Positions 1 to 21,025 of a stretch of 64,000 nt of DNA are shown in pieces. The stretch's first letter is position 1, and each line of letters opens with the position of its first letter. The stretch spans positions 1,862,001 to 1,926,000 of the forward strand of contig NC_087246.1 of NCBI RefSeq assembly GCF_037042905.1, in the 5' to 3' direction. Below the pieces are notes generated by a model. That model worked only from the letters and a program-made list of their open reading frames with translations, did no database searches and was not told the DNA's origin. This DNA is from Lytechinus pictus (taxonomy: Eukaryota). Made by a program: the position numbers and the translations under genes.

Positions 1-337
1 AAATAAAAATAAATGCAATTAATTGAAATGTCCCCCAACACTTTGTAATTTATAGCACTTACAACAATGAAACAGAATGCTCTGCATTGTGTGAAACGAT
101 TACTAAACAATAATGAATTCTTTTTTGTCCCAGTTATACGCTGGTTGGCCTCTTTTATTAGGCTAGGGCCTAGGCCTATTTACTTTCCATCTCCATCAGT
201 CAACGTTAGAACAATGATACCAATAGACTTCCACCTAAATACAAACAGTAACCAATTTAAAAGGGTGTTATTTTGTTGCCTTTTATCGTTTAATTGTTAT
301 TTTATTTCAAATACTTCCTTTCTTTACCATCATGAAG

Positions 338-8266
<7,929 letters not shown>

Positions 8267-8781
8267 GAAGATGAAAAGTATCGACTGTTTAAAACTCTGA
8301 AATCCACAATGTGGTGGAATGGAATCTTATTTTTCAATTTGATTCCCGAGGAGAGAACTAACCGTTCGCTCAGAGACAGCAGATTCGAGTCTATAATACA
8401 AGTATCGGAACGATAAGCTGATTCGTGTCATGTTAACTATTAACATGTCATAATTATGTACAACAGCAGATTGACCGACATGCTTGCAAGCATTAATGCT
8501 CTTACCGAATAAGGTCAGGTCCCATGTCTGGTAGTACATTTTATATAAAGGTGGAAATGAATTATTGTTATTGTTATTCCAAAGATACTGTTTACACCAA
8601 TCAATCGCTAAATCAAGGTTGCCAAAACGGTAACTGGAGGAAAATTTTATTCCTTATATGAAATCCTATGGAACATGAATTATTCATAAATTGAGCTTAC
8701 TAGAGCGGTCATTATGCAATTATCGCTCTGCGAATAATTTGATACAATTTCTGCTTTGTCTACCCAGAACACCCGGACCGG

Positions 8782-8785
<4 letters not shown>

Positions 8786-8819
<34 letters not shown>

Positions 8820-8838
8820 GGGGGGGGGGGGGAGAGAG
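8786..8838. repeat. (GA)n plus poly-G tract in the probable 3' UTR (similar tracts at 4551-4589, 9252-9290, 35320-35353)
   Basis: Seen directly. Confidence 0.9.
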
Positions 8839-9815
8839 CCTTTCTGCTACCAAAAATATAGTACTTTGTGTATCACAAACATTACCGGAAAGTCTGATAA
8901 AGCTGATTTTTGTTTTTATTAAGTTATAATTGATTAGTTTTTTTTTATTACTCAGCGTACATTAATTACCATTGGACTATGACTAAATCATGTCAGCATT
9001 GGTATAGAACGGAATTAGCACGATAATACTCGCCCCTTATCTTAAGATTAGTAATAATAAGACCAAGATTTTAATGCTTATGACAAGAAAATGATCTACA
9101 AAGTGGTGATTCTTTTTATATAAGAGGACATTGCATGATTCGAAAATTAATTTGCATGTAAAAACATGACATTTTATCTCAATGTATTTCTGTAGATATT
9201 TCAGAAAGAGAGAGAGATATAGCAGAAAGGAAGGAGCAGAAGGAGAAAGACGAGAGAGAGAGAGAGAGAGGGGGGGGGGGAGGGGAGGGAAGGTGATATT
9301 TCAGAGAATTTTAACTGGGATTGAATGCATTGAAATGATGGTTTCCTATGACTCTTTTGCAAACATGAAAATCCTAGCAATGGTATATTATAATATAATA
9401 TCATCTGATATTATATGGATCAGTAGCTATTAATGTGTGCTATTTTATTTGTTTGCTTTATCATATTGATCTAAAAATAGTGTTCTGAATTTGAGCTACA
9501 GTTATTTTTCATGTTTATTTTGATGTACGGAAAGCAGTTTGTAAATAATATAAAAAATAGAAACATTCCGTGTAAATAGTGATTGTCTTGAGGACAATAA
9601 GATAAGATGTACTCATATCTGTGAAATGATTATAAAGAAGATACGAAGTGAAAATATTTCATCATAGTCTGTGTAACCCTCTCTTATTGTCATGATTACT
9701 ATCATTTAGTTACACTTGGTTTTATTTCTTAATATATTTTTCAATATTTTAAATTATCTTCTTTCTATTTTTTTTACCAAAGTGCAATTCATCAAGTGCT
9801 GTTTTTTTTCCTTTT

Positions 9816-9821
9816 AATAAA
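9816..9821 (+). promoter_or_regulatory. Candidate polyadenylation signal of the smoothelin-like gene (other AATAAA at ~9901 and ~10436)
   Basis: AATAAA followed by U/GU-rich sequence, ~1.5 kb after the stop; weak evidence in AT-rich DNA. Confidence 0.3.
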
Positions 9822-10735
9822 CGTGTTTTGATATTTACAACTCCTTTTAATGCACATGACTGTGGCTTACAATTGGGTATAAAGCTTGAGTCATTTGAGC
9901 AATAAATTTGAATTGGTAAGTGTTGACAGGCCAGTTATTTTTTTCATATGAATTATTTTATATTTCTAGATAGGCCTATGAAGTGAATTTGCTGCATACC
10001 TTATGAGACTAGAAAGAATATTTTGTTCATAGTCACATAGGCAATCTTATCATATTGTCGTGCAAGATATGAAAAAAATAATTATATAGTGTTTGTAAAC
10101 CACAAGTTTGCTACTGAAGATATTTTGATTCAGAGTTTCGTTTTATCAAGGTATTTTACTTCATTTTAATAAGGATCTTTAGAGCATCACTTAGGAACAA
10201 TTTGTTTATTTTCTGACATCATGCAATAATATACTGCTGGCCAGTAAAGTAAAGCTATATAAATGATGTTCAAATTAGTTTTCTATGGTTCTATAGTAGA
10301 CCTCTGTAAGTATTTTTTTCACATAAAAATAATGTATTTCATTTTTGGAATATACCGTCATTTTCCGATTCGTCATAAAATTGAATGAGATAAATTAAAT
10401 GTAATCAATGAAATGAATTAATTGATATTCTTCAGAATAAATTTGTAAAAATTGCTACTTTTGGTCTGTTCTTGTATTTATTTGTCATTCAGATATTGAA
10501 TTAATTTGTTTACATAAAGACAAGTGTCACTAGTAAAAAAATGAATATAATGAATTGGCAAAATTATTTCATGCGATATAATGCATGCCATCCCATGCCT
10601 TCATGTACATATGTCTTGTCATCATACCATGCCTACCTGAGCCCGGGGCTGTACTCCGGCAGCGCTATAGGTTTACATGGTAGATTATGACATGGATAAG
10701 AAAGTGGTTTTTCAAACAAATCGAGCACATATTAA

Positions 10736-11310
10736 AGGGATGGTCTGGGCTGAAAATATTTATATCTAAATGAATAGAGTAAAATGCTGAAAATTTTATT
10801 AAAATTTGATAACAAATAACGAAGTTATTGAATTTTAAAGTTTATCAATATTTTGCGAAAACAGTTATATATGCACATCGTCATGAATATTCATTAGGTG
10901 GGCTGATGATGTCCCATCCCCATTTTCCCTTTTCTTATGTTATGACATGAAATCATAATTGTTTCATTTTTTCATACATCTGTAAATGATGTGTCTCCAT
11001 TTTATATGATGAAATAAGTTGCGGCAATAAATAACTAATGCACTTAATCAGTTGTCAATCCAATTATTTTAGTTCTTGGTAGAAAAATTCTGAATAAACC
11101 TTATTTCATATAATAAAATACAAAAGAACAAGAGGAGATATGACATAATCAGCCCACCTAATGAATATTCATAAAGACATGCCTAGAACTGTTTCACTAG
11201 AATAATGCAAATCTTTAAAATTCGTTAACTTTGTTATTTGTTATCCGATTTTGATCAAATTTTCAGCATTTTGCTTAGTTAATTTTATATCTCCAGCCTG
11301 GACCATCCCT
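10736..11310. mobile_element. Kolobok-like MITE with TTAA TSD, related to the 3678-4280 element
   Basis: ttaa|AGGGATGGTCTGGGCTG...CAGCCTGGACCATCCCT|ttaa; long imperfect inverted arms; shares subterminal motifs (aatgctgaaaattt, aataaaatacaaaagaa) with 3678-4280. Confidence 0.8.
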
Positions 11311-11702
11311 TTAAGTGAGGAGAAACTTACTGAATTAAGGCTTAGGTATAATTACAATCCATCGAATCGATATTGCATCTAACGTGGATTATTGGTGCAT
11401 CACTGGTAATTGATAATTGAATTGGTCATATTCATCTTTCCAGCTAAACCATTTCGCATTTCTTTCTACTTCCATGGTTAATACAACATGTTTGTGCACA
11501 TCATGCAATATCCGTCTCAAAAACCATCCGAATCTTTTGCTCGCTCCTCCTACACAAACGGTAATCCAGCATCTCGCACATTATGTGATAGGCATTATGT
11601 CTTACTTTCCCCCGAAATGGGGATTAGATTTCAAATTCACGGGGGGACCACTTCCATTGACGAGTGGATACCAGGCGCGACCATGCAGTCAAACCGCAGG
11701 TC

Positions 11703-12750
11703 CAGTGGCGTAAATACGGGGGGCATGGGGGGCACGTGCCCCCCAATCGGCTGGCAAAAAAAAAAACGGGGAAAGGGAGAAAAAGAGGGAGAAAGGAAGA
11801 GAAACATAGTGGGAAAGAAAAAAATATTGTTCATTATAATTTTATATTTTATTATAACTATGTTATGTTATATTACATAAGAAACATTTTTTTCATATAT
11901 TTATGAAAAATAATTTGCTCAGGGCCTATGTCTTCATTGTTCCTGGTGCTCGTATTGTCTGTTTAACGAGATATATAATCCTGTTGTGCTAAAACCTTCC
12001 GTTTTCAAGTCAATATACACCAAATATATTTCCTCGCACTTCGAGTTATTATTGTTTTATGTAGTGACATATGCTTCTTTTTCATGACAACTTAAAGCGA
12101 TTGCCACATTCTAAGGTCTTCATATAAAACATTTCCTGTCCGTGCTCACGTTCGCAATAGTGGATTGGTGAGATATGTCTGATCTTCATGAATTCCTAAA
12201 ATCAGTCCTTAAAATGTTCCTTTTTCTGATCTGAATATCAAAAATTTTCAGCTCGCGCTTCGCGCTAGAATCATTTGGTTTGTGAAATGCGTATGGTATT
12301 AGTTAATTCCTACAAACAAGTCTTAGAATGCCCCACTTCAGATCTGAATTATCTAAATTTTGAGCTCGCGCTAGTGAGATGCGTATGTTATTCATGATTA
12401 CAATTACTACAAGTGCTTCATGTGTTTAGATGTAATTCTGACAAAATCAGCATGCGCTTGGCACTCGCATTATATGACTATGGTGAGATATTATACTCTT
12501 AATGGATTCCTAACATATAGTCCTTAGAATGTCCCTGTTTAGGGTCAATATATACAAAAATCTCAGCTCGCACTTCGCGCTCGCATTGTTTAGCGAAACA
12601 GGTACGTATCATGATTAAAAAAATTGATTATACTGTCCCTTTTTAGGTCTGAATATAAAAAATTTAGCCCGCGCTTCGCGCTCGCATTATTTGATCAGTG
12701 AGATACATATACGTTTAATGGCATTGTCCTTAAAATGTCTCTATTAGGTC
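11703..12750 (+). mobile_element. hAT-like non-autonomous element, right end missing; same family as 47430-48605
   Basis: Starts CAGTGGCGTA and is collinear and closely similar to 47430-48520 up to aaaatgtctctattagg; the right TIR is absent. Confidence 0.85.
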
Positions 12751-12769
12751 AGTACTTAGCGCGCCAAAT

Positions 12770-13008
12770 TAGTTTCAAATCGTAGTCAATCGTACGACTG
12801 CTATGACGTCATTACGACTAGATATTGAATTCGCTTTTATTCTAAGGAGGATGATAGCATAGTCACAGATTTGAACATAGGTATTCGTACGATGATTTAG
12901 AACATTACATAGTAAGATATTCCAAGTCTCAATATTAGCATCAAATTCTACTACATTTTATTCTGAAATCGAGTCGCCGACCAGTCGTAAGGTGTGCTGT
13001 GGCCTTAA
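12770..13008. mobile_element. Possible PIF/Harbinger-like MITE fragment abutting the truncated hAT element
   Basis: tcgta/tacga-rich interior ending in cgtaaggtgtgctgtggcc|ttaa; only one terminus is visible. Confidence 0.35.
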
Positions 13009-13393
13009 GACATCACCAATGCGGCCAATTTGAAGTCTCCATAGATATACATGTAGTAAATACTAATTATTTCAACTAAAAAATAATCTTTTTATCGTTT
13101 GTCCGATGATGTTCAAACTTTCATCTGTCTAATAGTCTGATATTTCTTTTTCCCTTTAAACAAATTGTTGTTTCGACTGGATTCCCCTTGAAGAACATCC
13201 AGTTGTGTCAAAAATCCCCCGAATCTTTACGAACAGTGTTTCGAAAGTCTTGTTGCTCGTAGCAAGTGTACGACTCAATTGAGTGCCCCGAGATCCTTGT
13301 TCATTTCTGTATATTATTCGGAACGAAAAGTTCATAATTATAAATATTGTCAAAATAACAAAATACATTCATGTTTTTGTTCATCCACTGCAG

Positions 13394-14024
13394 ATATGAA
13401 AAACTAAAGAAGATGTTAGAGAGTTCCACTGCAGAGGTGGTCTTTGTGAAAGATATAGGTCTTGCAATGCAGCGTGATGATCTCAGAGAGTTGATTCCTA
13501 AAGGATATCGCCATTACTTTTTGATCCGGCATCCTCTCCTGATGTACACATCACTCCATAAAGCTAACTATCAACATTTGAAGGGCAATAATCTCCTGCA
13601 TGAAGATGATACATGTGAAACTGAATTTGATATGACATGGCACATAGAAATGAACAAACCCTTTGATTACTCCAGAAGTCTGTATGATCTTTGGAAGTAC
13701 ATCAAGGAAACTATTGATCCTGAACCAGTAATTCTTGATGCTTCAGATTTGCAAAGGAATCTCTCTGCGGTGCTTCCTCTCTACTGCAAGGACTGCCATT
13801 TACCAACAACATGGGAAAATGCTCCTCTGGATGATATTCAGTCATGGAAAACCACTTGAAATATTAACGTTCACACAGGATTTTTTGAAGGAGTGTTATC
13901 AACCACAAGGTTCTCTCCACCCAAAGACCTCCCATCACATGATAAATTGACCACTGACGTCATCGAGCTAGCTGATGCAGCTTTACCGTTTTACGAAGAA
14001 ATGTACAAAAATCGTTTACATTGA
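13394..14024 (+). pseudogene. Terminal exon of a sulfotransferase-like (P-loop) gene, interrupted by an in-frame TGA at 13857-13859
   Basis: Acceptor ctgcag| then YEKLKKMLESSTAEVVFVKD...YRHYFLIRHP...PVILDASDL...WKTT*NINVHTGFFEGVLSTTRFSPPKDLPSHDKLTTDVIELADAALPFYEEMYKNRLH*. The motifs VFVKD, FLIRHP, VILDA.DL and P.Y..MY..RL match this family from memory. No upstream exon was found. Confidence 0.65.
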
Positions 14025-14498
14025 AAATTAATAATGATAAAAAAAGAAGAGAGAGTTTCAATACATTTTTTCTCAAGATAGATCTTAACACGTTGCATAT
14101 TATTATCTTGATATCTTAGAACCATGTATATGTATATCAGCCTATGTTTATAACCACTTGAAGTGGGGCAGAAGGCTGGTTGCCACTCAGTTACCTATTT
14201 CTGCCCATGGTATTCCAGTGGTTTATTTATATTATGTATCTTTAATTCTGTGCTATCTGCATTGTTATTTTATCTTCATTTTGGCAAAGAAATAGAATAT
14301 TAATAGTAGATTTAATTTTGCCTACTTTCTAATCTTTAATATCAAACAATTTTATGGATCTAAATGATGATTTTAAATTACCTTGTGGTTTTATTTGCCT
14401 TCCTGTGATGCATACATACCATTGTATAGTGGGAGCTTTCGAAAATAAGACGGTATAGGTGTAATGGTGAGAAGGACAGCATATTAGACCAATGTACA

Positions 14499-14677
14499 CA
14501 CTGTAATAAATATTGGGCAACATACTGTCCACACAACGATTGGTTAAAACTTTATCCATTTCTGGGTAGTTTTAAACCAATAATGTACACAGTAATGGTT
14601 GAAAACTACCCAGAGTTGGATACATTTTTAAAACTAATTGTTGTGTGGACAGTATGTTGGCCAACATTTTAAGAGTG
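14499..14677. mobile_element. Palindromic MITE with CACT..AGTG ends; second copy at 40878-41080
   Basis: caacatactgtccacacaac / gttgtgtggacagtatgttg and ctgggtagtttt / aaaactacccag are reverse complements. Confidence 0.8.
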
Positions 14678-14762
14678 CATGCATTGAGCCATCTTTTTCT
14701 ATCCTGATATAATCTACTGCAGCTTTGATTTCCAAAACTCCCTGATAATCACTAGAATCGTA

Positions 14763-15790
14763 CAGCGCGTCCCAAAAAAAATGTCCCTCTGATATGCGGT
14801 TAAATTACTTCAAAAAATAAAAATTATTCTCAATGAAATGTATGGATCTAGGAAGCTCATATCTTGTTCTAACTTCTATAAAAATTTCATTGATCTCGCT
14901 TCAGTGGTTTTGAATACACAGTCTATTATTCAGCAGTGGTGCTTTTCAGCCCATTCCAAGTTTGCATGTATGCAGCACTGCTGTGTGTTCTGCACTTTCT
15001 AGCATATCAACCCCCTTTGAAAGTTCTGACCAAGGAATTCCCTGATCTGACCAGGGAAATCTCCATGTTCTAACCAGGCTCGTCAAATCACAACCTTTAG
15101 CATGTTCAGAAGGGCAAAAACAATATTTGACAGTTCATTTCATGTTTGATAACTGGAGATGCACAATGATTAGGACAACAGGTCATGTCTGTTTCATGCC
15201 TAATTCATGCCTAATACTGCATTTTTGTTTTCATTATTTTTTTTAGTTAATAAGCTACTGTTGATAAGTTAATCCAATGTAACTTAAAAAAGTCAAATAT
15301 TTCTCTGGTAAAGTTCCTTTTCGCAAAGGGTGATTAACTTGTGGATTATCCTTTATTTTCAGCTTATTTTACTCATCCATCATTCACATTTTCTTTCCAA
15401 GATGTTGCACTGACCCCCCTTATCAATCATCAAACAATCTTAATTTTTGTGTTTCTTATCCTTCTTAACATGCCAAAGTTTATGATTTGATGAGCCTGGA
15501 TATGATAAGGGAAATGTCCCTGCTCAGATCCGTGATGTAAAAATTTGAGTTGATATGCCATACACAATGCAGAAATGCATCAATGCTGCAAACTTGGAAT
15601 GGGCTAAAATGCACCACTGTTACGTAACAGAGTGTGTATTCCAAACCGCTGAAGCGTGACCAATGAAATTTTCATAGAAGTTAGATCAGGAGATGAGCTT
15701 TCCACTCATGAACATTTATTTGAGAATACTACCACATTTTAGAATTAATTCAGCCCTATGTCAGAGGGACATTTTTTTTGGGACGCGCTG
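14763..15790. mobile_element. Tc1/mariner-type MITE, TA TSD
   Basis: ta|CAGCGCGTCCCAAAAAAAATGTCCCTCTGA...TCAGAGGGACATTTTTTTTGGGACGCGCTG|ta; the imperfect inverted arms continue for several hundred bp. Confidence 0.9.
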
Positions 15791-16639
15791 TATATACGCA
15801 GAAATAAGACACCGTCATTGTATAAATTACAGCTATGAATTTTAATAAGTTTTCCACAATAATAGCAAATTTCTCTTATATACAATATAATTCTTCATAA
15901 AGTTTATAATTTGAGTTAAAATATCTTACATATCTCTGAAATGGCAGTATAAATGTTATTCTAGTCACAATAAACTATGCTCTGATAAAATTATAATAAT
16001 CTATAATCTATGAATATTAAAATGGAATCGAATTTAGTATGAAGTTTATTGTTATTCGGTCTGTAGTTCTTTACAATAGATTTTGTCTTAAAAAATGCAA
16101 GGGGGTATTCCTTCGTGTATATTATTTACGGGGGGGGGGGGTATTGCAATTACTGTTTGTAATCTTCTTGTGAGAGTGGCTTGATGTCCACATTCTTTCG
16201 AAAACTAATCAGTATGATGATTTTAGCATATTGATAAACATACAAAATTGATTGGGCATTAATGATTTAATATATTTTATTATTTTATTGCATCATACCC
16301 GTCTACTTTAATGTATTCCATTGTATATACAGTGACTTTTGGCAAAGTCCTAAATATTATAACGGAGGATCATTTGATTTTATTTCAACAGGCTTGAGTA
16401 TGCGAACTTTATACCGGGAGTAATGTTAATCATTTTACTCTAGTAATTCAGTGAAACTATCAATGAATTAAGATCCATCCATGTCAAACAAATTTACAAC
16501 AATATATTAAACACAACACATCTTACACTAACATGATTAAGCAGTACAGTCCACATTATTACATTTACGTAATTGGCTTTTACATGTATTCCGGCTCATG
16601 TTCTTTGCATGAGCTCATTTAGCTTTAAACAATAATTGA

Positions 16640-17170
16640 ACAACATATCCAAGTACCTTTCACCTCAACATTGACTGACTTGTATATACCACTTTCTCTC
16701 TCTATCTCCATTTCATTAACTCTTTCACATCAGCTTTTTCATTCTTATTCATGTCTCCACTGTTATATTATTACAATAATATAAAGTTTAATCTTAGTTT
16801 AATCGCTGAGTGTGTATTTTCTTTTACCTATCACATTATATTTGTTACTTTGTATTTATCTTATTCTGTAGTCAGTCTTGACATTGTTGGGCTAATTCTG
16901 TTATTTATTTCATGACAAAAACAACATTATCATTATTCTATTTGTATTTTTTAAAGGGACTTGCTTGTAATTTAGGTTTCACCACTTGTTTGCGCAGAAA
17001 CCTCTTTCTGACTTATTTTACTAAGTCATTGAATACTTTTCTAGACATGTTCACTTTTTAAATTTTATGTGTAATTTGTCAACTATATATGTAAGTCAAT
17101 TATTCTTGGTTTGTATTTTGCATATTTTATTATGAATTATAAAAGAAAACTAGAGTGGAAAAATAAATTC
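16640..17170 (+). repeat. Dispersed repeat, probably a decayed LINE 3' end; related copy at ~60320-60870
   Basis: Shared ordered blocks catcagctttttcatt, gttgggctaatt, gacttatt..ttgaatactt, gttcacttttt in both places. Confidence 0.5.
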
Positions 17171-17844
17171 AAATCAAACCAAAGTAGCTCTGTGAAAGTT
17201 AAAACAAACAAACATTAGGAAACTGTAGTGCACATTTAAATGCAGAGCATTAATGATAATAACAAGTGACAACCAAGTCTTTATTAAACTTATTTGTTTT
17301 ATAAATTGAATCAGACGCGGCACTTGTCGTTTGTATTCTAAATCAAATCAAACGACATGTTTTTTATGCCTAATTTATCATGTCCTATCGATAGTAACAA
17401 TGATTGTACATATTAGTTTGGTATTATTTTATTAAGAGAGAACATGGAGTATTGCTGCAATTTAATGCCCGTATTTATTTACTTACTTATTTATTAATCA
17501 TAAATGACTTTTCAATGATTCTTTTTGATTGCACTTGTGTGTATTTGTGTACTCGTTCGCAGTCATCATTTACCGGTGACGAGTTTTTAAAATCAAGTCA
17601 TAAATCCAGGACGGATACACTAAATTCTTGCTAATAGATCTTACGTACTTACATCATCGCGCTGCCATCTTAGCGGTTGAAACAATTGCTTTGCATGCTT
17701 TAATTTGGTGATTTTCAGCTGGCACATCTCTGACAACTCCGTTTACACATATTCCTATATCCTCTGGTGGAGGGCGGTATGATTTTATGTCACCATATGC
17801 ATAAATTGTATCACAAGTTTACATGCCAACTAAGCATAATTTCT

Positions 17845-19989
17845 CTAAATCTTTTGTTGTTCTTCTAATGGTACTTTTCCCAAATTGATTGTACAATCAC
17901 ACAAAGAACATTTGCCTTGCAATGCCCTAGCGCATTCCTCGCAGTAAACCCCATCACAGTCTTGGTTAATACAATACACCATGAGTCCATCATCTGGGCC
18001 ACTACATCCTAAACAACGTGTTTGTTTGAAACCACACATTGTGAAGAGACCCTTGCAACACGGGTACCTCCGCGTCAAATAAGAAGATAAACTGATTTTG
18101 TTGTAAGCATCTTTTTCCTTCTTGTTGCGCCTGACAGACTGGCAAAGCATCTTCATTAAAGACTGTCGCTTTTGAAAAGTGCGACCATACAGGTAAACAA
18201 TACGTTCTGCCTCTCGCTCAGGATAATAATATGCAGAAATATAACGGAGAAGACGTTGAGCGTAGGCCTGTGACAGGGTCATCAAGATCGTTACCACGTA
18301 GAGGGCACTAATGATGATAGCCAGGTTTCTGTCAGGCTTAACCGGCTGCGGCAGGCATACAGTTGTGTCGAGCGAGGTATTGAAGGAGGACGAGGCTTTA
18401 AAACCTTCGTTGAAGAGAATCCTCACTAGCTCAGCAACCACACCGTTGCCTCCGATCTCTATATCAGTGCTGGTCTCACCGGAAGTTGCTATCTGCACGT
18501 CACCATGCTCCTGGATCTTGGTAAGAAGCCAATACAGTCCAAAGTCAATGAACATAAGAAGCCCAGCTATGATGGAATGCAGACAGACTGTCGTTAGACC
18601 AAATTTGAAATAACCTCTCTCGGATTTGCATAACCGAACAGCAGTCACGTCGATCAGTCGATTCCGTTCGTTCTTTTTAAGCGGTAAGAGGTGAGGTTGT
18701 CCATTTTCCTTACGGTTGGCGTCTAGCTTCTTAAATTGTCCAGTGATGTACTGGTTGTCGAACGAATCCTTGGTACGGTAACTTGAGTGATACATGTATG
18801 ATTTAAAGAGCAACCAGACGAGGGACAGCGCCAGGAGTTTGTCGGAGAATGACAAAATCCAGTCTACATAGCTATATGCTTCATCAAGTTCTTGAGATAT
18901 AGCATCTTGGATGTGCTCAGCGGTCGTACTGGAGTTCGAACGTTTTTCAAAGTACCGCGAAAAGTCAACATCTGCCGAAAAAGTGTCGACGACAGACTGC
19001 ATTGCATTTCGCGTGTTTCCAAGGGCATTGTTTACCACACCATCCAAGTAAGCTGGGGTGTCACAGATACTATTGATTTTCAGAAGTCTACATACAGCAT
19101 CTGCGTTGAAAATCTCACAAACGGCGCCTGGAAATAAAAAAAAGCAAAATAGAAATATTCAAAATAACTTGAAATATGAAACAAGCTAAAATACCTTGAT
19201 TCTAGCTACTATGATTTAAATTTTAGAACGGCTTAGAAGGATTGATAATCACATTTAAATTTATGATCATCTAGTTACTATGTTCGTTGGATATTTTCTA
19301 ATTTTAAATGCATATATTGCAATTTCAAAGCTCGATCCACTACAATTGTGAGAAACGTAATGCCGAAATCACGAGAGATCCATGTATTATCACAGAGTTC
19401 AAGATTTATTCAGAATCTCCCTGTTCTTAAACGACCTGATAAAGTAACAAATGTAACGATAGCTGTTTATTATCATTATTGTTACTATCATTATCATCAT
19501 CATCATCATCATCATCATCATGATTACTATTATTGTTATTTGATTTATTGATTTATATATTTTTTACTATCATATTTCATTATTATTATAGTCTTTTTCA
19601 GAGGGGGAAGGGTGGATTTGTAGTAAAAAAAAATCCCCTTTAGGTAGTTCATCAATGGTCCTGTATTTGAATTAGATTTGTGATGATTGATGCCTCTTGA
19701 CTTGGTATCGAACATCTTTATATTTGATGCAGTATAACATGCGTGGCCGATTGAAATTACATACATGTACATTATGGCTCATTTGCTTACCTTACCAACC
19801 TTGTGCATTGCAATCACGCAGTATTGTTTTCAGGGTGAACTTACCTACTTTGTTTGCTACCCCTTTATTCCTCAGAAAAGTTTGGCAGTCGACGTAAACA
19901 TTATTCAAGTTCCTATTACAGCTCCTGTAGGCTGATCCTAAGATGTCATCACAAGCCCTGGCAGCCTTCCCAAGTTCGTTTCCTACAGC
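17845..19989 (-). CDS. DC-STAMP-family C-terminal cassette A (distal): exons 19845-19989 and 17845-19127
   Basis: 145-nt exon AVGNELGKAARACDDILGSAYRSCNRNLNNVYVDCQTFLRNKGVANKV (phase 0 to 1) joins the terminal exon GAVCEIFNADAVC...FDNQYITGQFKKLDANRK...LLPLKKNE...YYYPEREAERIVYLY...CLGC..YCINQDCDGVYCEEC..KCSLC, i.e. the DC-STAMP domain plus a C-terminal Cys-rich RING-like finger as in DCST1/DCST2/sneaky/SPE-42. Confidence 0.9.
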
Positions 19990-21025
19990 CTGGAGTTTAG
20001 AAACCGATTAAATTGCGTTGTATTCATTTTTCAAGGTAAAAAATATAATTCATTATCTGTTTGAGACCGACGCAAATATGAACGCCGTCTCAGAAAGACT
20101 TGAAATTGATCATATCAAAATAAGGTATGGAAAATCAGAAACATTATCATGAATAAATTACATATTAATTCAGAGTTATTGTAATCGTGACAATCCATTG
20201 TTTATTATTTTGTTATCGTTTTCATGGTTTTAGTCAGCTAGCATTTACCACCTGGACAAAGTAACCATCATGTTAAATGACTTTTCAAAGTTGAAAGTGA
20301 ATCATAGGATCAATTGGAAGGGTCCAGTTTAACTCCATAATTAAGGAGGTTGATATAAGTTGGCATTTCTCACATCAGGCAAAAAAAAATCGATGATCGA
20401 ACCCTTTCTGTACTAAGATCAATTAACTTTTACTTTACCTATAGAACGTGCATTTTTCAAACGATACAGCGCTACGAATACACTCATTGACCGTTGTTTT
20501 TTTTTTTATTCAAGTCCGATGAGTGTTTTGTTACTTATTTGAGAATTGTTAGTGGTTTAAGCCTTTCTTCTGAATAAAAGTGATTGTTTTATACAATGAA
20601 TCTGGATATTAATAATTTTGGAGAACAATTGAATGCAGCGAATAAGGTTTCGAAACAGGAAAGCTGAAATGTCTTGTTAAAACTTGCAAAGATCGTATCA
20701 TACTGATGACTTAGCATACCCGTTATCCTCTTGTCAGAATAATTATTTGAATTCTGTTTTATGGCCATTGAGTGGAAAGCTGTTTATACGGGACCATGTC
20801 AATTCGAATGTTATTATTTTCATTATACTAGACTTCGATTTCATGCTTGCATTCACAATGCACATGCACTATAGTAGCAATGAGTAACGTAATTCAAAAT
20901 AAGTCAGATAACCATCTTCGGCCTCCTCCATTATGATCGTCTTGATCATCTTAATACCGATCATCATCAGTTGCCTTTCATCATTGCCATCATTTCCATC
21001 ACCCAACAACATGCGTCGTCCTATA

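Noticed and set aside
18311..19137. Plus-strand ORFs overlapping cassette A (likewise 37142-37495 and 32039-32440)
   Set aside because: Antisense shadows of real coding exons; no recognisable protein
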